Below are positions 58,090 through 64,000 of a stretch of 64,000 nt of DNA, piece by piece; position 1 is the first letter of the stretch; each line of letters begins with the position of its first letter. Location of the stretch: NCBI GenBank assembly GCA_963664395.2, contig OY761159.2, positions 2,592,001-2,656,000 of the forward strand. Direction: 5' to 3'. The translations under genes and the position numbers were made by a program. The DNA is from Candidatus Binatia bacterium. Lineage in GTDB: Bacteria > Desulfobacterota > Binatia > Bin18. The notes below the pieces were generated by a model. That model was not told where the DNA came from and did not search any database. It worked only from the letters and a program-made list of their open reading frames with translations.

Positions 58090-59700
58090 GTGCCCTTGAC
58101 TGACCTGCCCGGAGACTCTTTTCGCGGTCGGCCTGACCCTTTACGGTCTCGAATCGCTCGGAAAGGCCGTCCCATTGTTATTGCGACCCTGCTGAGCCGC
58201 CCGCTGGGTTTCATCCGGGAAGCCGTCCAGGCGGCGCTGTTTGGTGCCTCTCGCCTGACGGATGCCTTTCTGGTTGCGTATAACGTCCCGGAAATGATGC
58301 AGACTCTCTTCTTTAGTGGGGCGCTGAGCAATTTTTTTGTACCGGTCATCACCCGCTACCGCGACAAGAAAGAGGAGCTGAGTACGATTTTCAGCCTGGC
58401 GCTGAATGGTGCCTTACTGGTGGCCGTGCTGCTGGCCGGCGGGTGTTATGTCTTCGCCTCCGGCCTCATGACTGTCGCCGCGCCCGGTTTGGCCGGAGAC
58501 GATCATGTCTTAGCGGTTTCCCTGTTTCGTTTCATGCTGCCCATGCTGGTCCTGCACTGCCTGCTGGCCGTGATGAAAGGCACGCTCAACAGCCTTGACC
58601 ACTACGCCATGCCGGAATACGCCGGTGTGTTTTTCAATCTTGTCATGATTGGGTGCGCGCTGGCCCTCGCGCCAACGTATGGCATTACCAGCCTGGCAAT
58701 CGGCGTTGTCGCCGGCAGCAGCCTCCAAGTGCTGGTCCAGATTCCCAGCCTGAGACGGCACGGTATCCGGTATCGACTGACCCTGGCTTTCTCCCACCCG
58801 GCCCTGCGAGAAATGGGTGGCCTCGCGCTCGGCGCATTTATTGCCACCGCGGTCGTGCCCATCAACGCCTTTGTGGCTCGGGCCATGGCTTCAACGCTGC
58901 CGGAAGGCAGTATCTCCGCCCTTGCGTATGCCTTTCGAGTATTCTTGTTGCCCGTCAGCTTGGTCGCGGTTCCGGTCTATACCGTCCTGCTGACTGAACT
59001 CTCAAGCGCGCATAACGAGGGACAGCTTGCGACCTTCAAAAAAAAAGCGGAGGCCGGACTCTCTCTGCTCTTCGCCGCTGCCCTGCCAGCCACGGCGATA
59101 CTGATTGCCCTGGCTCTGCCCATAACCCGCCTGCTGTATGAACGCGGCCAATTTACGCCAGAGGACGCACTCATGACCGGCCAGGCACTCATGGCCTACG
59201 GGATTGGCACCCTGGCCTATGGAACCAGTCAGGTTATGGTGCGCCTCTTCAACGCCACAAAAGACACCCGGACTCCCGCTTGGATTGGTGTTGGTTCGAT
59301 TGTTTTTCATGCGGCTGGCTGTTGGCTGCTGATGCAGATATGGAGCCACTGGGGCATTGCCCTGGTGACCTCGCTGGTGTCCTATCTGCATACGCTCGTC
59401 CTGTACGTCATCTTTCGGCGACGGCACGGTCCGCTTGATGAAGGAACGCTCCTTCGGAGTCTTGGAGCCCATGTCCTGTTAGCCACGATTGTGGGAGGCT
59501 GCCTGTTTTTTCTCAGTCAACCCCTGTCCGCTGCCACCGGCTCACTCATGACCCTGGAGCGGCTGCTGTACCTGGCTGGGGTCCTGGCCGCCGGCGGCGG
59601 TGTCTATCTTGTGCTCGGTCTGCTGTGCAAAGTCGAAGAGGTCTGTACGTTGGTACGGATGCTCAAGCAGGCCGCCGCATTTCGGAGAGGGCCGAAATAA
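58090..59700 (+). CDS. murJ: Lipid II flippase MurJ (MviN)
   Basis: TLLSRPLGFIRE...FGAS..TDAF.VA..VP, GALS..FVP, LYERGQFT, KDTRTP; many TM helices. Confidence 0.88.
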   Translation: MPLTDLPGDSFRGRPDPLRSRIARKGRPIVIATLLSRPLGFIREAVQAALFGASRLTDAFLVAYNVPEMMQTLFFSGALSNFFVPVITRYRDKKEELSTIFSLALNGALLVAVLLAGGCYVFASGLMTVAAPGLAGDDHVLAVSLFRFMLPMLVLHCLLAVMKGTLNSLDHYAMPEYAGVFFNLVMIGCALALAPTYGITSLAIGVVAGSSLQVLVQIPSLRRHGIRYRLTLAFSHPALREMGGLALGAFIATAVVPINAFVARAMASTLPEGSISALAYAFRVFLLPVSLVAVPVYTVLLTELSSAHNEGQLATFKKKAEAGLSLLFAAALPATAILIALALPITRLLYERGQFTPEDALMTGQALMAYGIGTLAYGTSQVMVRLFNATKDTRTPAWIGVGSIVFHAAGCWLLMQIWSHWGIALVTSLVSYLHTLVLYVIFRRRHGPLDEGTLLRSLGAHVLLATIVGGCLFFLSQPLSAATGSLMTLERLLYLAGVLAAGGGVYLVLGLLCKVEEVCTLVRMLKQAAAFRRGPK

Positions 59701-59714
59701 AATCTGCCCTAGTG

Positions 59715-61604
59715 TTAGTGCGGTATGGCTTCAAGCACTTCCCAGCGTTCGTACGATTGGGCTAATTCTCGTTCGATGTCTTGTAAGCGCTGCTGCACTG
59801 TCACGATCTCCTCTCCGCCCCGGCGATAGAGTGCGGGATTGGCAAGTTGCGTGTGTATCTCTGCCTGCTCGCGCTCAAGCGATTCAATGTGTTGCGGCAG
59901 TGTTTCGAGCTCACGCTGTTCCTTGTAGCTGCGCTTGCGCTGGCGTTCCCGTTGTGGGGGTACCGCTTTCGACTCGAGTTGCTGCGGTGCGGTTTTCGCA
60001 GCCTCAACAGGACGGCGCTGGCGCAGCCAGTCATCATAGCCACCAACATATTCGTTTACTTGTCCGTCACCTTCAAAGACGAGCGTGCTGGTGACAACAT
60101 TATTGAGAAACGTGCGGTCATGGCTGACGAGAAGAATCGTCCCCGAGTATTCGAGCAGGAGTTCTTCGAGCAGTTCCAGGGTCTCAGCGTCGAGATCATT
60201 CGTTGGCTCGTCCAAGACCAGGACATTCGAGGGCAGGGTAAACAGGCGGGCGAGTAACAAGCGGTTCCGTTCTCCTCCGGACAACACGCTGACCGAACTC
60301 CGGGCTCGATCCGGAGAAAAGAGAAAGTCTTGCAGGTAGCCTATAATATGGCGGTCTTTGCCATTGAAGGTGACATAATCGTTCCCCCGTCCAACAATCT
60401 CTTGGACTGTTTTGTCTTCATCAAGGGGGCTGCGGAGTTGGTCAAAATACGAGACCGCTAATTTGGTGCCGTGGTGAACATCTCCCTTCTGAGGCGAAAG
60501 CGCGCCCAGCAAAAGTTGAAGAAGCGTAGTCTTCCCCACCCCATTCGGGCCAATAATACCAATCTTATCGCCTCGCATAATCGTGCCAGAAAAATCATTG
60601 ACAACGGGCAGGTCTCCATACGCATAGCTGACATCCTGTGCGCGAAGAACAAGTTTTCCGGATCGTTCGGCTTCTTGAACTTGTAGCCGTACCGTGCCCG
60701 GTTGCTCTCGGCGGTTCCTCCGGGTTTGCCGTAGTTCCTGAAGGGCATGCACGCGGCCTTCATTCCGAGTCCGCCGGGCTTTAATGCCTTGACGAATCCA
60801 GGCCTCTTCCTGGGCTAACTTTTTATCGAACTGGGCCCGGTGTTGGGCCTCGGTCTCAAGCGCTGCGTGCTTACGTTCCAAGTATGTCTGATAGTCACAC
60901 GACCAACTCGTTAAACGTCCCCGGTCAAGTTCCACAATGCGCGTGGCGAGCTTTTTGAGCAGCAGGCGATCGTGGGTGACAAATAAGAGGGTCTTGGCCT
61001 GTTGCAGCAAGAACTCTTCGAGCCAGGTGATAGACTCTACGTCGAGATGGTTGGTTGGTTCGTCGAGCAGCAAAATATCGGGATCACTCACCAACGCCTC
61101 GGCAAGTAAGACGCGGCGTTTCAGCCCGCCGGAAAGCGTGTCAAACACGGCGCGCTCGTCGAGTTTCAGATGGGTCAGGGTTCGTTCGACCTGCTGATGC
61201 ACCAGCCACCCCCCGTTGCCATCCAGCGCCTGTTGGAGAGTATTTAATCGCCGGAGCAATTTTGGGTCACTCTTTTGACTCACCTGGGCACTGACGGTGT
61301 GATAGTCAGTCAGGGTTTCGCCCAGCCTGCCTAAGCCTTGGGTCACGCGCTGCAACACAGTCCCAGGGAGAGACGGCGGAATTTCCTGCGGAAGAAAGCT
61401 GGTGCGCATATCCTTTGCGCACACGACCTGACCGGCATCGGGGCGGACCTCACCCTGAATCACCTTCATCAGGGTAGACTTTCCCGTCCCGTTGCGACCC
61501 AGGATGCCAACCCGCTCGCCCGCTTCGAGTTGCAAACTTACGCCGTCCAGCAACGGCGGGTCGCCAAAGCTGACCTGGAGGTCTTGAAGGCTCAGTAATG
61601 CCAT
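59715..61604 (-). CDS. uup: ABC-F ATPase (Uup-like)
   Basis: Two ABC domains; LAQEEAWIRQGIKARRTRNEGRV linker; C-terminal SYKEQRELETLP..IE.LE coiled coil. Confidence 0.9.
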   Translation of the reverse strand: MALLSLQDLQVSFGDPPLLDGVSLQLEAGERVGILGRNGTGKSTLMKVIQGEVRPDAGQVVCAKDMRTSFLPQEIPPSLPGTVLQRVTQGLGRLGETLTDYHTVSAQVSQKSDPKLLRRLNTLQQALDGNGGWLVHQQVERTLTHLKLDERAVFDTLSGGLKRRVLLAEALVSDPDILLLDEPTNHLDVESITWLEEFLLQQAKTLLFVTHDRLLLKKLATRIVELDRGRLTSWSCDYQTYLERKHAALETEAQHRAQFDKKLAQEEAWIRQGIKARRTRNEGRVHALQELRQTRRNRREQPGTVRLQVQEAERSGKLVLRAQDVSYAYGDLPVVNDFSGTIMRGDKIGIIGPNGVGKTTLLQLLLGALSPQKGDVHHGTKLAVSYFDQLRSPLDEDKTVQEIVGRGNDYVTFNGKDRHIIGYLQDFLFSPDRARSSVSVLSGGERNRLLLARLFTLPSNVLVLDEPTNDLDAETLELLEELLLEYSGTILLVSHDRTFLNNVVTSTLVFEGDGQVNEYVGGYDDWLRQRRPVEAAKTAPQQLESKAVPPQRERQRKRSYKEQRELETLPQHIESLEREQAEIHTQLANPALYRRGGEEIVTVQQRLQDIERELAQSYERWEVLEAIPH

Positions 61605-61780
61605 GTCAGGAGGTTTTTCATATTCGAGGGCGGAAGGCTATTGCGGTCATGCGCTATGGATGCTCGTACCAGTGTTGTAAAATATCCACTTCGACACAAT
61701 GATAATAGCCTCAAGTCAACCGCTTTATCTCTGGAGTGTTTTCGAGTAAACAAAGCGGGCATCGTGGAAGGAAGGCTATT

Positions 61781-62575
61781 ATGGGACAACTGGAAAACAA
61801 AGTCGCTCTTATTACCGGCTCCGGGCGGGGTCAGGGCTTGGTGGCCGCCCGCCTCTTTGCCGCAGAAGGTGCAAAAGTCGTTATCAACGACCTGGACGCG
61901 CAGTCGGTTGATGCCGCAGTTACCTCCATCAAGAAGGCTGGTGGCGAAGCCGTTGGAGCAGTGGGTGATGTGTCGAAAGCCGCGGACGTGCAAGCTGTTC
62001 TGCAAACCGCCCAGGACGCCTTTGGCGGGTTTGACATCCTGTATAACAACGCCGGGATCGGCTACTCGGCGACACGACGCTTCGGCATTGCCATGAGCGA
62101 TGTGGTCAACTGCACCGAGGACGACTGGCACCGCATTATGGACATCAACGTGGGTGGGATCTTTCTGTTCTGCAAATACGGGATTCCCAAGCTGATTGAA
62201 CGTGGCGGCGGGGTCATTATCAACACGGCCTCCATTGCCGCTCTGCGCGGGGCCCAAGACGCCCATGCGTATACGGCCAGCAAAGGCGCGATTCTTGCCC
62301 TCACCCGCGCGCTGGCCGTTACCTATGGCCCCAAAGGCATCCGCGCCAACACCCTCTGCCCCGGTGTGATCGACACCGAAATGATCCACGACACCTTGAT
62401 TGACAAGTCTGAGGTCAGCGCGCTGCTCGCCCGCAACACGCCGCTGCAACGCAACGGCACGCCCGAGGATGTTGCCGCGGTTGCCTTATTTCTGGCGAGT
62501 GAGCAGTCACGCTTTGTGACCGGTGAAACCTTCGCCGTAGACGGCGGCATTATTCAACATCTCGGTCTGGCCTGA
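61781..62575 (+). CDS. Short-chain dehydrogenase/reductase
   Basis: TGSGRGQG, NNAGI, YTASK, NTLCPG. Confidence 0.92.
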   Translation: MGQLENKVALITGSGRGQGLVAARLFAAEGAKVVINDLDAQSVDAAVTSIKKAGGEAVGAVGDVSKAADVQAVLQTAQDAFGGFDILYNNAGIGYSATRRFGIAMSDVVNCTEDDWHRIMDINVGGIFLFCKYGIPKLIERGGGVIINTASIAALRGAQDAHAYTASKGAILALTRALAVTYGPKGIRANTLCPGVIDTEMIHDTLIDKSEVSALLARNTPLQRNGTPEDVAAVALFLASEQSRFVTGETFAVDGGIIQHLGLA

Positions 62576-62601
62576 GCGGTCGGCTGAAAAAAGGGAAGCC
62601 T

Positions 62602-63552
62602 ATGGATCAGGAACAACTCGTCACAGTGTTCAAGACCGCGGTGCTGGCGCGGCGCTTTGAGGCCAGGATCGTGGCACTCGCCATGGCCGGCGAACTCCCA
62701 CCGTCGCTGCATGTCGGGGCCGGCCAGGAAGTGGCGCAGATTGCCGCCATCGCAGCGCTCCGTCCTGACGACTATATTCTGTACGGCCACCGTGGCCTTG
62801 CGTATATGGTCGCCCGTGGCGTGCGCCTGGCCGACATGCTGTCCGATTTAGCCGGCAAAGAAGGTGCGACCAGTCGCGGTAAGGGCGGCGTGATGCATGT
62901 CGTGGACGTACAAAAAGGTATTTTGGGTGAGAGTGGGACGTTGGGGGGCAGCTTTGTCGTCTCGGTTGGCGTGGGCATGGCGCTCAAGCGCAAGCAGCCG
63001 GACAAAGTTGTGGCCTACTTCTTTGGTGATGGCACCTCGAATCGCGGTACGTTCCATGAGTCGCTCAACTGGGCCGCGGTCCAAAAACTGCCCTGCATCT
63101 ATTTCTGTGAGAATAACGGCTTTGCGATTTCCATGCCGACCAGTCGCTCGACCGCGGTCGAGAATATCGCGGACCGGGCCGCGGGCTATAACATCCCCGG
63201 CGTGGTGGTTGACGGGAGTGATCCGGTGGCGGTGTACGAAGTCATGGAGCAGGCCGTGGCGCGGGCGCGGGCTGGCCAAGGTCCGACCCTGATTGAAGCA
63301 AAAGTGACGCGGCTGCAGGGGCATTACATCGCCGATCAACAAGAATACCGGACCGATCTCGACAAGGTGGCCGCAAAAGATCCCCTACCAAAACTGCAAC
63401 AGATGCTCCTTGATCGAGACATTCTCACGCAGCCGGCTGTGGATGCCATCGAGGCCGACGCAGACCAGCAGGTTGAAGCAGCTGTAGAAGCAATGCGAGC
63501 GGCTCCGCTGTTGGCCCCGGAAGTCGCTCTTCAAGACGTGTATGCGGAGTGA
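62602..63552 (+). CDS. TPP-dependent dehydrogenase E1 alpha subunit (PDH/acetoin dehydrogenase-like)
   Basis: GQE, HRG, GKGG.MH, FGDG...ENN, RLQGH. Confidence 0.92.
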   Translation: MDQEQLVTVFKTAVLARRFEARIVALAMAGELPPSLHVGAGQEVAQIAAIAALRPDDYILYGHRGLAYMVARGVRLADMLSDLAGKEGATSRGKGGVMHVVDVQKGILGESGTLGGSFVVSVGVGMALKRKQPDKVVAYFFGDGTSNRGTFHESLNWAAVQKLPCIYFCENNGFAISMPTSRSTAVENIADRAAGYNIPGVVVDGSDPVAVYEVMEQAVARARAGQGPTLIEAKVTRLQGHYIADQQEYRTDLDKVAAKDPLPKLQQMLLDRDILTQPAVDAIEADADQQVEAAVEAMRAAPLLAPEVALQDVYAE

Positions 63553-63575
63553 GCAGCAAAGCGGAGTACACAACC

Positions 63576-64000
63576 ATGCAAACAATGACCTATAGTCAGG
63601 CGATCAATCAGGCCCTGGCCGAAGAGATGCAACGCGATGTGGACGTTATCCTCTATGGCCAGGATGTTGCGGTCTGGGGTGGTATTTTTAACGTCACAGA
63701 CGGGCTGCTTGAAAAATTTGGTCCGGACCGCGTGTTTGATACTCCCATCTCCGAAAGTGTTATGGTCGGCGCCGGAGTTGGGGCGGCTTCGATGGGCCTG
63801 CGCCCGGTGGTGGAACTCCAGTTTGCTGATTTTGTTATCACAGCAGGTGATGAAATTTTCTTTAAGGCCGGCATGTGGCGCTATATGCACGGTGGGGCGC
63901 ATACCATTCCGCTGGTTGTTCGCGCCCCTTCGGGTGGCGCGGGCTTTGGGCCCGAGCACTCTGCCTGTCCCGAAGCCTTTATCATGCACGCGCCCGGCCT
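63576..64000 (+). CDS. TPP-dependent dehydrogenase E1 beta subunit, partial
   Basis: Manual translation: MQTMTYSQAINQALAEEMQRD..GQDV..GGIF.VT.GL.EKFGPDRVFDTPISE...RPVVELQF..; runs off the window end. Confidence 0.9.
   Translation, partial: MQTMTYSQAINQALAEEMQRDVDVILYGQDVAVWGGIFNVTDGLLEKFGPDRVFDTPISESVMVGAGVGAASMGLRPVVELQFADFVITAGDEIFFKAGMWRYMHGGAHTIPLVVRAPSGGAGFGPEHSACPEAFIMHAPG

Overview
GC-rich, gene-dense bacterial window (about 50 CDS). It is dominated by paralog-rich catabolic and redox genes: 7 luciferase-like (LLM) flavin oxidoreductases, 4 amidohydrolases, 2 Baeyer-Villiger monooxygenases, 2 CaiB/BaiF CoA transferases, 3 SDRs, 2 GSTs and a molybdopterin oxidoreductase. It also holds a TetR-MMPL-LolA-like-DUF1302 envelope transport operon, a Phd/VapC toxin-antitoxin pair, murJ, an ABC-F ATPase and an E1 alpha/beta pair. 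This gene content resembles Candidatus Binatia/Tectomicrobia-type, often sponge-associated, genomes (inference only). No tRNA, rRNA or CRISPR array was seen. Items the ORF track hides or does not explain: (1) a PrdB/GrdB-like selenoprotein split at an in-frame TGA (UxxC motif with a downstream hairpin) and lacking its usual reductase partners; (2) two orphan secreted-protein segments each bracketed by a direct repeat copied from the neighbouring gene's 5' region (69 bp exact; about 60 bp imperfect promoter-like); (3) a tandem pair of small secreted proteins with a mirror-symmetric Cx3Cx10C-x12-Cx10Cx3C motif; (4) a TrpC-fold protein missing its catalytic residues; (5) a frameshifted TonB-dependent receptor, IS5 and resolvase remnants, and several unrelated REP-like palindrome families. 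All calls come from reading the sequence; no database searches were run.
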